Assembly (NCBI GenBank): GCA_965279525.1
Contig: CBDIIB010000004.1
Location: 1,152,001-1,216,000 of the forward strand
From: Tagaea sp.
GTDB lineage: Bacteria > Pseudomonadota > Alphaproteobacteria > CACIAM-22H2
Direction of reading: 5' to 3'
DNA: 64,000 nucleotides
The notes below the pieces were generated by a model. It saw only the letters and a list, made by a program, of their open reading frames with translations, did no database searches and had not been told where the DNA came from. A program made the position numbers and the translations under genes. Position 1 is the first letter of the stretch. Each line of letters starts with the position of its first letter. Below are positions 1 to 12,765 of this stretch, piece by piece.

Positions 1-1146
1 CAGGTTGGCGAGCGTGGCGCCGGACAGCGGATGCTGGCCGCGCATGGGTGTCACGTCGCGCGGCGGGTTCTCGATCGGGCCGGTCAGCGTGACGGGCACC
101 GACGTTTCGCGGCCGCCGCGCCAGAGGGTGACCCGCACGGTCTGGCCGACGGGCTGGGTCGCGATGCGGAAGCGCAGAGCCTCGTTGTCGGTCACCTCGC
201 GCCCTTCGACCTGCAGCACGACGTCGCCACGCTTGAGGCCCGCCTTGTCGGCAGGTCCGCCGGGGAACACGTCGGTCAGCGCCACGCCCACCGGCCGCGC
301 AAGGCCGAGGCTGGGAGCAAGCTCGCTCGTCACGGTCTGGCCGGAAGCGCCCATCCACGCGCGCACCAGCCGCCCGCCGGAGCCCACGCCCGCCACGACC
401 GTCTGGACCATGTTGGCCGGAACGGCGAAGCCGATGCCGTTCGAGCCACCGTCGCGCGAGAAGATCGCGGTGTTGATCCCGATGAGCCGCCCGTCGAGCG
501 TGACGAGAGCCCCACCCGAGTTGCCCGGGTTGATCGCGGCATCGGTCTGGATGAAGAAGCGGAAATCGGAGATGCCGACCATCGTGCGCGCGACGGCCGA
601 GACGATGCCTTGCGTCACGGTCTGGCCCACGCCGAACGGGTTGCCGATGGCGAGCACGATGTCGCCGACCTCGACATCGTCGGAATCCTTCATGTCGAGG
701 AACGGCAGCCGCTCGGCGCCGGCATCGATGCGCAGGACGGCAAGATCGGTGCGCTCGTCGGCGCGCAGCACGCTCGCCTCGAACTCGCGCCGGTCGGCGA
801 GCGAGACGACGATTTCCTCGGCCCCGCGGATGACGTGGAAATTCGTCACGATGATGCCGCCGGCATCGACGATGACGCCCGAACCAAGCGAGTTCTGCAC
901 CTTCTCGCCCATGCCCGGGATCTGGTCGCCGAAGAAGCGGCGGAACATCGGATCGTTGGCGAACGGCGACGGGACCGCGCGCTGCACGCGCTTCGTGGTG
1001 ATGTTGACCACGGCGGGTGCCGCGCGCTTGACCACCGGCGCGAATGACAGCAGCACCTGCTCGCGGCTCTCCGGCACGGCGCGCGGCTGGGCGGCGGCCG
1101 GAAGCGCGGCGGCGAGAATCAGGAAGGCGGCAGCAAGGAAGCGCAT
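1..1146 (-). CDS. degQ: DegQ/HtrA-family periplasmic serine endoprotease (3' end outside window)
   Basis: Not in the ORF track; translated by hand from ATG at 1146: signal peptide MRFLAAAFLILAAALPAAA, then SFAPVVKRAAPAVVNI and catalytic AAINPGNSGG; usual position after rplQ in alphaproteobacteria. Confidence 0.9.
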   Translation of the reverse strand, partial: MRFLAAAFLILAAALPAAAQPRAVPESREQVLLSFAPVVKRAAPAVVNITTKRVQRAVPSPFANDPMFRRFFGDQIPGMGEKVQNSLGSGVIVDAGGIIVTNFHVIRGAEEIVVSLADRREFEASVLRADERTDLAVLRIDAGAERLPFLDMKDSDDVEVGDIVLAIGNPFGVGQTVTQGIVSAVARTMVGISDFRFFIQTDAAINPGNSGGALVTLDGRLIGINTAIFSRDGGSNGIGFAVPANMVQTVVAGVGSGGRLVRAWMGASGQTVTSELAPSLGLARPVGVALTDVFPGGPADKAGLKRGDVVLQVEGREVTDNEALRFRIATQPVGQTVRVTLWRGGRETSVPVTLTGPIENPPRDVTPMRGQHPLSGATLANL

Positions 1147-1180
1147 GGTCGGATTTTAGCGCCCGTCCCCCGGAATCAGA

Positions 1181-1208
1181 AGCGGCGCCGGTTGGGACCG
1201 GCGCCGCT
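1181..1208 (-). terminator. Hairpin downstream of rplQ, likely terminator
   Basis: Perfect 12-bp stem AGCGGCGCCGGT/ACCGGCGCCGCT with 4-nt loop; weak U-tract. Confidence 0.6.
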
Positions 1209-1240
1209 CTGGCAGTTCAGACAGGAGGTCGGGGGCCCGA

Positions 1241-1687
1241 TCAGGCCGCCACGCCTTCCTTTTCGGTCTTTTCGGCGGCTTCGCGCTCGGCGGCGACGCG
1301 GGCCTTGTCGGCCTTGCCCTTGGCGGCCGGATCGCGGTCGACGAGCTCGATCACCGCGAGCGAGGCGGCGTCACCGTGGCGCATGCCCGCGCGCAGGACG
1401 CGCGTGTAGCCGCCGTTGCGGGCCTTGTAGCGCTCGGCGATCGGGCCGAACAGCTTCTGGGCGACGGTCGTGTCCTGGAGCATCGACAGCGCGCGGCGGC
1501 GATTGGCGAGGCCGCCCTTCTTGCCGAGCGTGATCAGCTGCTCGACATAGGGGCGCAGTTCCTTCGCCTTCGACACCGTGGTCTTGATCTGCTCGTGCAC
1601 GATCAGCGACACCGCCATGTTGGCGAGGGTCGCCTGACGGTGCGGGGACGTGCGGCCCATCTTCCGGCCGGCCATTCCGTGACGCAT
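1241..1687 (-). CDS. rplQ: 50S ribosomal protein L17
   Basis: [19 protein letters not shown]...[10 protein letters not shown]. Confidence 0.98.
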   Translation of the reverse strand: MRHGMAGRKMGRTSPHRQATLANMAVSLIVHEQIKTTVSKAKELRPYVEQLITLGKKGGLANRRRALSMLQDTTVAQKLFGPIAERYKARNGGYTRVLRAGMRHGDAASLAVIELVDRDPAAKGKADKARVAAEREAAEKTEKEGVAA

Positions 1688-1717
1688 GACTTCTTACTCC
1701 TTGAGCGAAGACGCCGT

Positions 1718-2734
1718 TCAGTACGGCTCTTCGAGTTTCTTGGCCAGCTCTTCGATGTTCTCGGGCGGCCAGCCGGGGATCTGCATGCCGAGATGGAGGC
1801 CCATCTGCGACAGGACTTCCTTGATCTCGTTGAGCGACTTGCGGCCGAAGTTCGGCGTGCGGAGCATCTCCGCTTCCGTCTTCTGCACGAGGTCGCCGAT
1901 ATAGATGATGTTGTCGTTCTTGAGGCAGTTGGCCGAACGGACCGACAGTTCCAGCTCGTCGACCTTGAGAAGCAGGTTCTTGTTGAACGGCAGGTCGCCG
2001 ACCTTCTCCTCGACGCGCTCGATGCTCGGCTCTTCGAAGTTGATGAAGAGCTGGAGCTGGTCCTGCAGGATGCGCGCGGCGAGGGCCACGGCGTCTTCCG
2101 GCGTGACGGCGCCGTTCGTCTCGATCTTCATCGAGAGCTTGTCGTAGTCCGTGACCTGGCCGACGCGGGTGTTCTCGATCTTGTACGAGACCTTGCGCAC
2201 CGGGCTGAACAGCGCGTCGACCGGGATGATCCCGATGGGCGCGTCGGCCGGACGCGACGTGGCGCCCGGAACGTAGCCCTTGCCGGTCTCGACCGTCATT
2301 TCCATGACGAGCTTGGCGCCGTCGTCGAGCGTGCAGATCACGTGATCGGGGTTCATCACCTCGATGTCGTGGCCGGCCTCGATCTGGCCCGCGCGCACTT
2401 CGCCGGGGCCGTTGGCCTTCAGCATGATGCGCTTGGGGCCGTCGCCGTGCATGCGAAGGCCGATCGCCTTGACGTTGAGGACGACGTCGGTGACGTCTTC
2501 GCGCACGCCCGGAATCGACGAGAACTCGTGCAGCACGCCGTCGATCTTGATCGACGTGATGGCCGCACCCTGCAGCGACGACAGCAGCACGCGGCGCAGC
2601 GCGTTGCCGAGCGTCAGGCCGAAGCCGCGCTCCAGCGGCTCGGCGACCACGGTCGCTTCGCGCTTGGCGTCGTCGCCCGGCTCGACGTCGAGCTTCTGGG
2701 GCTTGATCAGTTCTTTCCAGTTCTTCTGCAGCAC
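1718..2734 (-). CDS. rpoA: RNA polymerase alpha subunit
   Basis: [34 protein letters not shown]; GTG start. Confidence 0.99.
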   Translation of the reverse strand: MLQKNWKELIKPQKLDVEPGDDAKREATVVAEPLERGFGLTLGNALRRVLLSSLQGAAITSIKIDGVLHEFSSIPGVREDVTDVVLNVKAIGLRMHGDGPKRIMLKANGPGEVRAGQIEAGHDIEVMNPDHVICTLDDGAKLVMEMTVETGKGYVPGATSRPADAPIGIIPVDALFSPVRKVSYKIENTRVGQVTDYDKLSMKIETNGAVTPEDAVALAARILQDQLQLFINFEEPSIERVEEKVGDLPFNKNLLLKVDELELSVRSANCLKNDNIIYIGDLVQKTEAEMLRTPNFGRKSLNEIKEVLSQMGLHLGMQIPGWPPENIEELAKKLEEPY

Positions 2735-2867
2735 GGGGTCACCTTTCGAGGTGGGCGGCGGCGGATGGCCCTTTTCGGGAGCCGGTCACGCGCGTCGCAA
2801 GCGATGTCGCGAAGGTCGGCGCGGGGCGCGTCGGAAGACGCGTCGCGCCGTTACGAGGGGATTCGCG

Positions 2868-3275
2868 TCAGACGCGCCGGCGCTTGGGCGGGCGGCAGCC
2901 GTTGTGCGGGATCGGCGTCACGTCGCGGATCGACGTGATCTGGAAGCCGACGGCCTGCAGCGCGCGAAGGGCCGACTCGCGACCGGCGCCGGGTCCCTTG
3001 ACCTCGACCTCGATCGTGCGCATGCCGTGTTCCATCGCCTTCTTGCCGGCGTCTTCGGCGGCCATCTGCGCCGCGTACGGCGTCGACTTGCGGCTGCCCT
3101 TGAAGCCCTGCGTGCCGGACGACGACCACGAGATCGTGTTGCCCTGCGCGTCGGTGATGGTGATCATGGTGTTGTTGAACGACGCATTTACATGCGCCAC
3201 ACCGGACGTGATGTTCTTGCGTTCGCGGCGGCGGGGGCGTCCCGCGCCAGCGGCAGCTGCTTTCTTCTCGGCCAT
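2868..3275 (-). CDS. rpsK: 30S ribosomal protein S11
   Basis: [32 protein letters not shown]. Confidence 0.99.
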   Translation of the reverse strand: MAEKKAAAAGAGRPRRRERKNITSGVAHVNASFNNTMITITDAQGNTISWSSSGTQGFKGSRKSTPYAAQMAAEDAGKKAMEHGMRTIEVEVKGPGAGRESALRALQAVGFQITSIRDVTPIPHNGCRPPKRRRV

Positions 3276-3299
3276 CGATCTATCCTCGGCTGTATCGAA

Positions 3300-3680
3300 T
3301 TACTTGCGGGTGGCGATCTTCTTGCCAGCGATCGGACGCGCCTTGCCCTTGCGGGTACGCGCGTTCGTGTGCGTGCGCTGACCGCGCACCGGCAGGCCCT
3401 TGCGATGACGCAGGCCGCGATACGCACCCATGTCCATCAGGCGCTTGATGTTCAGCGCGATCTCGCGCCGCAGGTCGCCCTCGACGCGGAATTCGCGATC
3501 GATGCATTCGCGGATCTTCAGCACTTCCTCGTCGGAAAGCTGGTTCACGCGCTTCGCATCGGGGATTCCGACCTTCTTGCAGATATCGACGGCAAGCGCC
3601 GGACCGATTCCGTAAATATAGCGAAGCGCAATAACGACACGCTTGGCAGTGGGAATGTTGACGCCAGCAATACGTGCCAC
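3300..3680 (-). CDS. rpsM: 30S ribosomal protein S13
   Basis: GTG start at 3680 ([10 protein letters not shown]) with upstream AAGGAG; [18 protein letters not shown]. Confidence 0.98.
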   Translation of the reverse strand: MARIAGVNIPTAKRVVIALRYIYGIGPALAVDICKKVGIPDAKRVNQLSDEEVLKIRECIDREFRVEGDLRREIALNIKRLMDMGAYRGLRHRKGLPVRGQRTHTNARTRKGKARPIAGKKIATRK

Positions 3681-3894
3681 GTCGTTCTCCTTCGTCTCTC
3701 GTATGGGCGGCAAGCCGCCCTGTTTCCACGGTTCCGTTCGAGGCCGCCTTGACCCCCACCCTTTGGGGTTCGGGGCGTGCGGCCCGAATGCCTAAAATCC
3801 TTTTCCCAACCCAGTTTCCGGTACCCATGCGAGCGCTGCGCAAAGGCAATACCCGTGCGCCTCGCCATGACCCGCCGGCCACCGAGAGGCGCGC

Positions 3895-3922
3895 ATTATA
3901 GGGTCCGCCCCCTTCGAGTCAA
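3895..3922 (-). promoter_or_regulatory. Sigma70 promoter of rpsM-rpsK-rpoA-rplQ operon
   Basis: TTGACT-N16-TATAAT on minus strand. Confidence 0.75.
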
Positions 3923-3947
3923 CCGGCGTAAACAACATTTCTGCCCC

Positions 3948-4610
3948 TCAGATCGCGGCGATCGGCTTGCCCAGGACCTTGGCGATCAGGCCGGTCACCG
4001 CGTCCATTTCGGCCATCCCGTCGATGGCCTTCAGGGTACCCTTGGCGCGGTAATAGGGGATGATCGGGGCGGTTTGGTCGTGATAGGCCTTCAGGCGGGC
4101 CGCGACCGTCTCGGCCTTGTCGTCCGGGCGGCGGACGATGTCGGTCGAGCCGCAGGCATCGCATGTCCCGGCGGTTTTCGTCGGCCGGGTCTTGTCGTGA
4201 TAGACCGCACCGCACTTCTTGCAGCTGAATCGCCCGGAGATCCGCTCGACCAGGGCCGCGTCGTCGACCTGCATCTCGATCACGTGGTCGAGCTTGAGGC
4301 CGCGGGCGGCCAGCATCTTGTCGAGTGCTTCAGCCTGCGCGACCGTGCGCGGGAAGCCGTCGAGGATGAAGCCGTTCTTGCAGTCGGGTTCGCCGATGCG
4401 CTCGGAGATCATCGCGATCAGGATGTCGTCGGAGACGAGCTTGCCCGCCTCCATCACGGCCTTGGCCTGCTTGCCGACATCGGTGCCGGCGGCGACCGCG
4501 GCACGCAGCATGTCGCCTGTCGAAAGCTGGACGAGCCCGAGCGCCTTTTCGATGCGCTTTGCCTGGGTGCCCTTGCCGGCACCCGGCGGCCCCAAAAGAA
4601 CGATGTTCAT
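3948..4610 (-). CDS. adk: Adenylate kinase (Zn-lid type)
   Basis: [12 protein letters not shown]-loop, [14 protein letters not shown]...CDAC lid. Confidence 0.98.
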   Translation of the reverse strand: MNIVLLGPPGAGKGTQAKRIEKALGLVQLSTGDMLRAAVAAGTDVGKQAKAVMEAGKLVSDDILIAMISERIGEPDCKNGFILDGFPRTVAQAEALDKMLAARGLKLDHVIEMQVDDAALVERISGRFSCKKCGAVYHDKTRPTKTAGTCDACGSTDIVRRPDDKAETVAARLKAYHDQTAPIIPYYRAKGTLKAIDGMAEMDAVTGLIAKVLGKPIAAI

Positions 4611-4634
4611 GGCTCCGGCTCCCGTCTTTTTCGT

Positions 4635-5978
<1,344 letters not shown>

Positions 5979-6039
5979 TCGATTCTCGTCTCTCCGATCC
6001 GGTCCCGACTACTGAGGTTGGGTCGATCCTGACGAGCGT

Positions 6040-6606
6040 TCAAGCGGCCGTCTTGGCTCCGCCCTTCTTGGCGTCCTTGGCCTTGCGCTTGGCCTGGCGA
6101 TCGCGCTTCTTCTGCGCATCCGTCTCGACCCGCTCGCGCGCGGTCACGACGATCTCGATCTTGCCGCCGGCCTTCTCGACCGCAGCGATGGCGGTTTTCG
6201 TGGCGCCGTGCGCGATGATGGTGACCTTCGCCTTGAAGTCGTCGCCGCCGTCGCCGAGCACGCGCAGCCCGTCGAACGCGCGGCGCAGCACGCCCGCCTT
6301 GACCAGCGTCGCCACGTCGACCGGCTTGGAAGCGTCGATGCGCTTCTCGTCGATCGCCCACTGGAGTTTGCCCAGGTTGATCTCCTGGTACTCGAGGCGG
6401 AAGATGTTGTTGAAGCCGCGCTTGGGCAGGCGGCGGTAGATCGGGGTCTGGCCGCCCTCGAAGCCGTTGAGCGCCACGCCCGAACGCGCGGTCTGGCCCT
6501 TGCCGCCGCGGCCCGACGTCTTGCCGAGGCCCGAGCCGATGCCGCGCCCGAGGAGCTTGCGGGTCTTGCGCGCACCGGCGTTGTCGCGAATCTGATTGAG
6601 CTTCAT
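6040..6606 (-). CDS. rplO: 50S ribosomal protein L15 (C-terminal basic extension)
   Basis: [40 protein letters not shown]. Confidence 0.98.
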   Translation of the reverse strand: MKLNQIRDNAGARKTRKLLGRGIGSGLGKTSGRGGKGQTARSGVALNGFEGGQTPIYRRLPKRGFNNIFRLEYQEINLGKLQWAIDEKRIDASKPVDVATLVKAGVLRRAFDGLRVLGDGGDDFKAKVTIIAHGATKTAIAAVEKAGGKIEIVVTARERVETDAQKKRDRQAKRKAKDAKKGGAKTAA

Positions 6607-6658
6607 GTGACGTTCCGTTCGGATCTGGGTGGGTGGGTATCTGGCGCGGGAATTCGCG

Positions 6659-6844
6659 TCAGGCTTCCACGCGCACCAGGTGCTGGACTTTGCGGATCAT
6701 GCCGCGGACCGAGGGCGTGTCCTCGAGAACGCGCACGTTGCCGATGCGCCGGAGGCCGAGACCGGTGAGGGTCTCCTGCTGGCCCGGGGCGCGACCGGCG
6801 ACGCTGGCGATCTGCTTGACCTTGAGGGTCTTCTTGGCGGGCAT
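6659..6844 (-). CDS. rpmD: 50S ribosomal protein L30
   Basis: [10 protein letters not shown]...[16 protein letters not shown]; spc operon position. Confidence 0.97.
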   Translation of the reverse strand: MPAKKTLKVKQIASVAGRAPGQQETLTGLGLRRIGNVRVLEDTPSVRGMIRKVQHLVRVEA

Positions 6845-6858
6845 CGGTTTCTCCGGGA

Positions 6859-7452
6859 TCAGGCGGTAGCCGTCGTGGTGCCGTCGGTCTCGCGACGGCC
6901 GACGATATCGCCGATCTTCTTGCCGCGCTTGGCGGCGACGTTGCGCGGGCTCGACATGCGGGTGAACGCGTCGAACGTCGCCTTGATCATGTTGTGCGGG
7001 TTGGACGTGCCCGTCGACTTGGCGACGATGTCCTGGATCCCGAGGCTCTCGAAGATCGCGCGCATCGGGCCGCCGGCGATGATGCCGGTACCCGGCTCGG
7101 CCGTGCGCAGCACGACGTGACCGGCGCCGAAATGGCCGCGCACGTCGTGGTGCAGCGTGCGGCCTTCGCGCAGCGGCACGCGGACCATCGCGCGCTTGGC
7201 GTACTCGGTCGCCTTGCGGATCGCTTCAGGAACTTCACGGGCCTTGCCGGTGCCGTAACCGACCTTGCCCTTGCCGTCGCCCACGACGACGATCGCCGCG
7301 AAGCCGAAGCGCTTGCCGCCCTTCACCACCTTCGCGACGCGATTGATGGCGACCAGCTTCTCGACCAGTTCGACCTCGTCGCGATCGCGCGGACGTTCGG
7401 ACTGATCGCGCCGGCCGCGACCGCGTTCGCCTTCTCCACCCTTGCGTGCCAT
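6859..7452 (-). CDS. rpsE: 30S ribosomal protein S5
   Basis: [25 protein letters not shown]. Confidence 0.99.
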   Translation of the reverse strand: MARKGGEGERGRGRRDQSERPRDRDEVELVEKLVAINRVAKVVKGGKRFGFAAIVVVGDGKGKVGYGTGKAREVPEAIRKATEYAKRAMVRVPLREGRTLHHDVRGHFGAGHVVLRTAEPGTGIIAGGPMRAIFESLGIQDIVAKSTGTSNPHNMIKATFDAFTRMSSPRNVAAKRGKKIGDIVGRRETDGTTTATA

Positions 7453-7478
7453 GGGCTATACCTTCCTGGAATCCAAAA

Positions 7479-7841
7479 TCAGAACGACAGTCCGCCCTCG
7501 CGCGCGGCATCCGCCAGCGCACGAACGCGACCGTGATAGCGATAGCCGCCGCGATCGAAGGCGACTTCCTTGATGCCCGCCGCGATGGCGCGCTTTGCCA
7601 CGAGCAGGCCCACGGCCTTCGCCGCGTCCAGATCGCCGCCGCCTTTCAGCGAGCCCTTCAGTTCCTTGTCGACGCTCGACGCGGCCGCGATCGTGAGGCC
7701 CTGCGTGTCGTCGATGACCTGCGCGTAGATGTGCTTCGACGAGCGGAAGATCGACAGCCGAACCCGGCCGCCCGACTTCCGGCGCAGCGAGTGCCGCACC
7801 CGCGCCGTGCGGCGGTCGTGCAAGAGCTTTGCCTTGTCCAT
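7479..7841 (-). CDS. rplR: 50S ribosomal protein L18
   Basis: [30 protein letters not shown]. Confidence 0.98.
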   Translation of the reverse strand: MDKAKLLHDRRTARVRHSLRRKSGGRVRLSIFRSSKHIYAQVIDDTQGLTIAAASSVDKELKGSLKGGGDLDAAKAVGLLVAKRAIAAGIKEVAFDRGGYRYHGRVRALADAAREGGLSF

Positions 7842-7853
7842 GGGTCCGGTTCC

Positions 7854-8390
7854 TTACTTCTTCTTGCCTTCTTTGCGGCGGATCGTCTCGTCGGCGTACT
7901 TGATGCCCTTGCCCTTGTAGGGCTCCGGCTTGCGCAGCTGACGGATTTCCGCCGCGACCTGGCCGACCTGCTGACGGTCTGCACCGGTCACGGTGAGTGC
8001 GATGTTCTTCTCGCCGACCTTGATCGTGATCCCTTCGGGGATCGGGAAGACGATCTCGTGGCTGAAGCCGATCTTGAGCAGCAGGTTCTTGCCCTGCACG
8101 TCGGCGCGGAAACCCACGCCGTTGATCTCGAGATCGCGCGAGAAGCCGGTCTGGGCGCCCTTGACCATGTTGGCCACGAGGGCGCGCGAGGTGCCCCACG
8201 CCGAACGCGCCAGCTTGGACTGGCTCTTCGGCACGAAGACGATCTTGCCGTCCTTGACGGCAGCCGATACTTCGCGGTGAAGCGTGAGCGACTTGCGCCC
8301 CAGCTTGCCCGCAACGATGACGTCCTGGCCCTTGACCTCGACGGTCACGCCCTGGGGAACGGTCACCGGGTTCTTTCCGATACGCGACAT
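7854..8390 (-). CDS. rplF: 50S ribosomal protein L6
   Basis: MSRIGKNPV start at 8390; RKPEPYKGKGIKY. Confidence 0.98.
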   Translation of the reverse strand: MSRIGKNPVTVPQGVTVEVKGQDVIVAGKLGRKSLTLHREVSAAVKDGKIVFVPKSQSKLARSAWGTSRALVANMVKGAQTGFSRDLEINGVGFRADVQGKNLLLKIGFSHEIVFPIPEGITIKVGEKNIALTVTGADRQQVGQVAAEIRQLRKPEPYKGKGIKYADETIRRKEGKKK

Positions 8391-8409
8391 GGCTTTTCCA
8401 GTCTCCCGA

Positions 8410-8808
8410 TCAGAACACGGTGCAGAGGACTTCGCCGCCCACGTTCTGGGCGCGGGCCTCGCTGTCCGACATGACGCCGCGAGGCGTCGAGAGGATCGAG
8501 ATGCCGAGACCGCCGTAGAACTTCGGCAGGTCGCGGATCTTCGCATAGACGCGACGACCCGGCTTCGACACGCGCGCGATCTCCTTAATGACCGGTTCGC
8601 CCTCGTGATACTTGAGTTCGACCGTCAGTTCGGGGATCGACGTCTTGCGGTCGATGCTCGCGTAGCCACGGATGTAGCCCTCGCGCTCCAGCACATCCAG
8701 CACGCTCTTGCGCAGTTTTGATGCCGGGACGTCTACGACCGTCCGGCCCTGCGACTGTGCGTTGCGGATGCGCGAAAGCATATCGCCAAGGGGATCGCTC
8801 ATCGCCAT
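8410..8808 (-). CDS. rpsH: 30S ribosomal protein S8
   Basis: [28 protein letters not shown]. Confidence 0.98.
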   Translation of the reverse strand: MAMSDPLGDMLSRIRNAQSQGRTVVDVPASKLRKSVLDVLEREGYIRGYASIDRKTSIPELTVELKYHEGEPVIKEIARVSKPGRRVYAKIRDLPKFYGGLGISILSTPRGVMSDSEARAQNVGGEVLCTVF

Positions 8809-8838
8809 GTCCGTAATCCTTCCTTCGCCGTTTCGCCG

Positions 8839-9144
8839 TTACCAGCTCGCCTTGACCATTCCGGGGATCTGACCCACGGAGGCGAGCTCGCGCAGCTTGA
8901 TGCGGCACAGCTTGAATTTCCGATAGTTGCCGCGCGAACGGCCCGTAAGCTCGCAGCGCAGACGTACGCGGTTGGGTGCCGAGTTGCGGGGCAACGCGGC
9001 AAGCTTGAGGCGCGCTTCGAAGCGGTCCTCCGGCGAAAGCGATTCGTCTTCCGCCGTCTGCTTCAGGCGCGCGCGCTTGCCGGCGAACTGCTTCGCCATG
9101 CGCTCGCGGCGCTTGTTCTTCTCGACTGCGCTTTTCTTGGCCAT
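8839..9144 (-). CDS. rpsN: 30S ribosomal protein S14
   Basis: [19 protein letters not shown]...[11 protein letters not shown]. Confidence 0.98.
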   Translation of the reverse strand: MAKKSAVEKNKRRERMAKQFAGKRARLKQTAEDESLSPEDRFEARLKLAALPRNSAPNRVRLRCELTGRSRGNYRKFKLCRIKLRELASVGQIPGMVKASW

Positions 9145-9163
9145 GTCGGTCCTTCCCGGCGCG

Positions 9164-9706
9164 TCAGTTGATGAACGGCATGTCGAACGACTTCAGGAGG
9201 GCTTTGGCCTCCTCGTTCGACTTGGCCGTCGTGACGATGATGATGTCCATGCCCCGGACCTGATCGATGCGGTCGTAGTTGATCTCGGGGAACACGATCT
9301 GCTCCTTGATGCCCAGCGAGTAGTTGCCGCGCCCGTCGAACGACTTGCCCGAGAGGCCGCGGAAGTCGCGCACGCGCGGGAGCGCGATCGTGACCAGGCG
9401 GTCGAGGAATTCGTACATGCGCGCACCGCGCAGCGTCACCTTGGCGCCGATCGGCAGGCCGCGGCGCAGCTTGAAGTTCGCGATCGCCTTCTTCGCCTTG
9501 ATCACGGACGGCTTCTGGCCGGTGATCGCCGCGAGTTCGGAAACCGCCGCTTCGAGCTTCTTGGCGTCGTGGGCGGCTTCGCCCACGCCCATGTTCACGA
9601 CGATCTTTTCCAGACGCGGGACCTGCATCGGGCTCTTGTACCCGAACTGCTTCATCAGCGCCGGCTTGATCGACTTGTCGTAGTTTTCCTGGAGGCGAGT
9701 TGCCAT
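9164..9706 (-). CDS. rplE: 50S ribosomal protein L5
   Basis: [28 protein letters not shown]. Confidence 0.98.
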   Translation of the reverse strand: MATRLQENYDKSIKPALMKQFGYKSPMQVPRLEKIVVNMGVGEAAHDAKKLEAAVSELAAITGQKPSVIKAKKAIANFKLRRGLPIGAKVTLRGARMYEFLDRLVTIALPRVRDFRGLSGKSFDGRGNYSLGIKEQIVFPEINYDRIDQVRGMDIIIVTTAKSNEEAKALLKSFDMPFIN

Positions 9707-9711
9707 GTCGA

Positions 9712-10032
9712 TCACCGATCAATCAGTTCGCCGGACTTGCGCGCGAAGCGGAGCTTGCGGCCGTCGACGGTCTTGAAGCCGACCTTGGTCGGCGAGCGGT
9801 CCTTGGGGTCGAGATGCGCCACGTTCGAGACGTGGATCGGGGCTTCCTTCTCCACGATCCCGCCCTGGCGGCCCTGTGCGGGACGCGTGTGGCGCTTGAC
9901 CATGTTGATGCCCTGCACGACCACGCGCAGCTCGTCGGGGATCACGCGGATCACCTTGCCCGACTTGCCCTTGTCGCGGCCGGTAATCACCACGACCTCG
10001 TCGTCCTTGCGGACCTTGAGCTTCGTCGCCAT
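9712..10032 (-). CDS. rplX: 50S ribosomal protein L24
   Basis: [32 protein letters not shown]; TAATG overlap with rplN. Confidence 0.98.
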   Translation of the reverse strand: MATKLKVRKDDEVVVITGRDKGKSGKVIRVIPDELRVVVQGINMVKRHTRPAQGRQGGIVEKEAPIHVSNVAHLDPKDRSPTKVGFKTVDGRKLRFARKSGELIDR

Positions 10033-10400
10033 TACAGCACCTCCGGTGCGAGCGAGATGATCTTCATGTAGCCCTTGCCGCGGAGTTCGCGCGTCACCGG
10101 CCCGAAGATACGCGTGCCGATCGGCTCGCCTTCCTTGTTGATGAGGACGGCGGCGTTGCGATCGAAGCGGACCGACGAGCCGTCGGCGCGGCGGATCTCT
10201 TTCGAGGTCCGCACGATCACCGCCTTGTGCACGTCGCCCTTCTTGACGCGGCCGCGCGGGATCGCCTCTTTGATCGACACGACGATCACGTCGCCGATCG
10301 TCGCCGTCTTGCGCATGGAACCGCCGAGGACCTTGATGCACTGGACCCGACGGGCGCCAGAGTTGTCCGCGACTTCCAGATTGGTGCGCATCTGGATCAT
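10032..10400 (-). CDS. rplN: 50S ribosomal protein L14
   Basis: [24 protein letters not shown]. Confidence 0.99.
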   Translation of the reverse strand: MIQMRTNLEVADNSGARRVQCIKVLGGSMRKTATIGDVIVVSIKEAIPRGRVKKGDVHKAVIVRTSKEIRRADGSSVRFDRNAAVLINKEGEPIGTRIFGPVTRELRGKGYMKIISLAPEVL

Positions 10401-10423
10401 GGTTTACGTCCTCCGGGCGCTGT

Positions 10424-10666
10424 TCAAGCAGCCGCTTCGTCGGACACGATTTCCCAGCACTTGCGCTTGGAAATCGGCCGGCATTCGCGGATCTTGACGT
10501 TGTCGCCCACCTTCGAGCGGTTGGTTTCGTCGTGCGCCAGGTACTTCTTCGAGCGCACGATGAATTTCTTGTAGATCGGATGCATCACGCGGCGCTCGAC
10601 CTTGACCGTGACGGTCTTGTCCATCGAGTCGCTGGTGACGATCCCTTGAAGTTCGCGGCGGGGCAT
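10424..10666 (-). CDS. rpsQ: 30S ribosomal protein S17
   Basis: [22 protein letters not shown]. Confidence 0.98.
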   Translation of the reverse strand: MPRRELQGIVTSDSMDKTVTVKVERRVMHPIYKKFIVRSKKYLAHDETNRSKVGDNVKIRECRPISKRKCWEIVSDEAAA

Positions 10667-10689
10667 TTCTGGTCGTCCTCCGGATGCGG

Positions 10690-10905
10690 TCAGGCTTTGG
10701 CGGCGGGCGCGGACTTGCGCCGGCGCTCGCCCAGGACGGTCTCGATGCGCGCGATGTCGCGACGCACGACGCGCACGCGCGCGACGTTCTCGAGCTGCCC
10801 CGAAGCCTTCTGGAAACGCAGGTTGAACTGTTCCTTGCGCAGGTCGCCCAGCTGGTCCTTCAGCTGGTCGTCGGTCTTCGCGCGGATTTCGGTCGGCTTG
10901 GTCAT
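10690..10905 (-). CDS. rpmC: 50S ribosomal protein L29
   Basis: ATG at 10905; [17 protein letters not shown]...RRDIARIET. Confidence 0.97.
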   Translation of the reverse strand: MTKPTEIRAKTDDQLKDQLGDLRKEQFNLRFQKASGQLENVARVRVVRRDIARIETVLGERRRKSAPAAKA

Positions 10906-10910
10906 GGCGT

Positions 10911-11330
10911 TCAGCCCTCCTCGCCCAGACGCGAAACCATACGCGTCTTGATGGGAAGCTTGGCGGCCGCCAGCTCGAACGCCTCGCTGGCGATCGCCTT
11001 CGGCACGCCGTCGATCTCGAACAGGATGCGGCCCGGGTTGACGCGCACGACCCAGAATTCGGGGCTGCCCTTGCCCGAGCCCATGCGCACTTCGGCCGGC
11101 TTCTTCGACACCGGCACGTCGGGGAACACGCGGATCCACACGCGACCGGCGCGCTTCAGGTGGCGCGTGATCGTGCGGCGCGCGGCCTCGATCTGGCGCG
11201 CGGTGACGCGCTCGGGCTCGAGGGCCTTGAGGCCGTAGGCGCCGAAGTTCAGCGTGAAGCCGCCCTTCGCGTTGCCGTGGATACGGCCCTTGTGCGCCTT
11301 GCGGTATTTGGTGCGCTTCGGGGAAAGCAT
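10911..11330 (-). CDS. rplP: 50S ribosomal protein L16
   Basis: [20 protein letters not shown]. Confidence 0.99.
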   Translation of the reverse strand: MLSPKRTKYRKAHKGRIHGNAKGGFTLNFGAYGLKALEPERVTARQIEAARRTITRHLKRAGRVWIRVFPDVPVSKKPAEVRMGSGKGSPEFWVVRVNPGRILFEIDGVPKAIASEAFELAAAKLPIKTRMVSRLGEEG

Positions 11331-11356
11331 GGTGCGTTATCCGTCTTTCTCTGAGC

Positions 11357-12034
11357 TCAGCGGGCAGGCTGCTGTTCCATGGCGCGCTTGTCCTGCGCCA
11401 TGGGGTCGTGTGCCAGGATCTCGCCCTTGAACACCCACACCTTTACGCCGCAGGTGCCGTAGTTCGTCTTGGCGGTCGCCGTGCCGAAATCGATCTCGGC
11501 GCGAAGCGTGTGCAGCGGCACGCGGCCTTCGCGATACCACTCGACACGGGCGATTTCAGCACCACCCAGACGACCCGCGCAGTTGATGCGGATGCCCAGC
11601 GCGCCCAGACGCATCGCCGACTGGACCGAGCGCTTCATCGCGCGGCGGAACGCCACGCGGCGCTCGAGCTGCTGGGCGATGTTCTCGGCGATCAGCTTGG
11701 CGTCGATCTCGGGCTTGCGGATCTCGACGATGTTGAGGCTGACTTCGGCCTTCGTGAGCTTGGCGACTTCGAGGCGCAGCTTCTCGATGTCCGCACCCTT
11801 CTTGCCGATCACCACGCCCGGACGGGCGGTGTGCAGCGTGATGCGGGCCTTCTTGGCCGGACGCTCGATGACGACGCGGGCAAGACCGGCCTGCAGCAGC
11901 TTGTCCTGCAGCCAGGCGCGCAGGCGCAGATCCTCGTGCAGGAGCCGCGAGTAGGCCACGTCGGCGAACCAGCGGGAGTCCCACGTGCGGTTGATGCCGA
12001 GGCGCAGCCCGATCGGATTGATTTTCTGACCCAT
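11357..12034 (-). CDS. rpsC: 30S ribosomal protein S3
   Basis: [33 protein letters not shown]. Confidence 0.99.
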   Translation of the reverse strand: MGQKINPIGLRLGINRTWDSRWFADVAYSRLLHEDLRLRAWLQDKLLQAGLARVVIERPAKKARITLHTARPGVVIGKKGADIEKLRLEVAKLTKAEVSLNIVEIRKPEIDAKLIAENIAQQLERRVAFRRAMKRSVQSAMRLGALGIRINCAGRLGGAEIARVEWYREGRVPLHTLRAEIDFGTATAKTNYGTCGVKVWVFKGEILAHDPMAQDKRAMEQQPAR

Positions 12035-12044
12035 CGATTGCTCC

Positions 12045-12455
12045 TCAGGCCGCTTTCTTTGCGTCGGCCTTCGCGGCCTTCTTGTCTTCGCGCTCGCGCA
12101 CGACGACGGTGAGATGGGCGAACGGCTTGGTGATCGACGACGACTTGCCGCGGCCGCGCGCGTGGAAGCGCTTCAGCTGGAACGACTTGCCGACGAAGGC
12201 TTCGGCGACGACCAGGCGGTCGACGTCGAGCTGGTGGTTGTTCTCGGCGTTCGCGATGGCGGACTCGAGGACCTTCTTGACGGTGCCGGCGATGCGGCGC
12301 TTCGAGAAGGTGAGCTCGGCAAGCGCCGTCTGCGCCGTCTTGCCGCGGATCGCTTCGGCGACGAGATTGAGCTTGCGCGGCGAGATGCGGATCGAGCGCA
12401 GGATCGCGCGCGCTTCCGTATCCTTCAGCGACCTTGGGCGAGCGGGCTTGCTCAT
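12045..12455 (-). CDS. rplV: 50S ribosomal protein L22
   Basis: [19 protein letters not shown]. Confidence 0.98.
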   Translation of the reverse strand: MSKPARPRSLKDTEARAILRSIRISPRKLNLVAEAIRGKTAQTALAELTFSKRRIAGTVKKVLESAIANAENNHQLDVDRLVVAEAFVGKSFQLKRFHARGRGKSSSITKPFAHLTVVVREREDKKAAKADAKKAA

Positions 12456-12456
12456 A

Positions 12457-12753
12457 TCACTTCCTCTCCGCCGACTTGTCGCCGCCGCCGCCGCCCGTCG
12501 CGGTGTGACCCGCGAAGGTACGCGTGGGCGAGAACTCGCCGAACTTGTGGCCGACCATGTTCTCGGTCACGAGCACGGGCAGGAACTTGTGCCCGTTGTA
12601 GACGCCGAACGTGAGGCCGACGAACTGCGGCAGGATCGTCGAGCGGCGCGCCCAGATCTTGATGATCTCGTTGCGGCCCGACGCGCGGGATTTTTCGGCC
12701 TTCTTGAGGAGGTACCCATCGACGAACGGGCCCTTCCAGACTGAGCGAGACAC
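12457..12753 (-). CDS. rpsS: 30S ribosomal protein S19
   Basis: [23 protein letters not shown]; GTG start. Confidence 0.98.
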   Translation of the reverse strand: MSRSVWKGPFVDGYLLKKAEKSRASGRNEIIKIWARRSTILPQFVGLTFGVYNGHKFLPVLVTENMVGHKFGEFSPTRTFAGHTATGGGGGDKSAERK

Positions 12754-12765
12754 CGGTTGCCTCCG

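Noticed and set aside
2735-3947. Absence of rpsD, rpmJ and infA from the alpha/spc operons
   Set aside because: Normal arrangement in alphaproteobacteria
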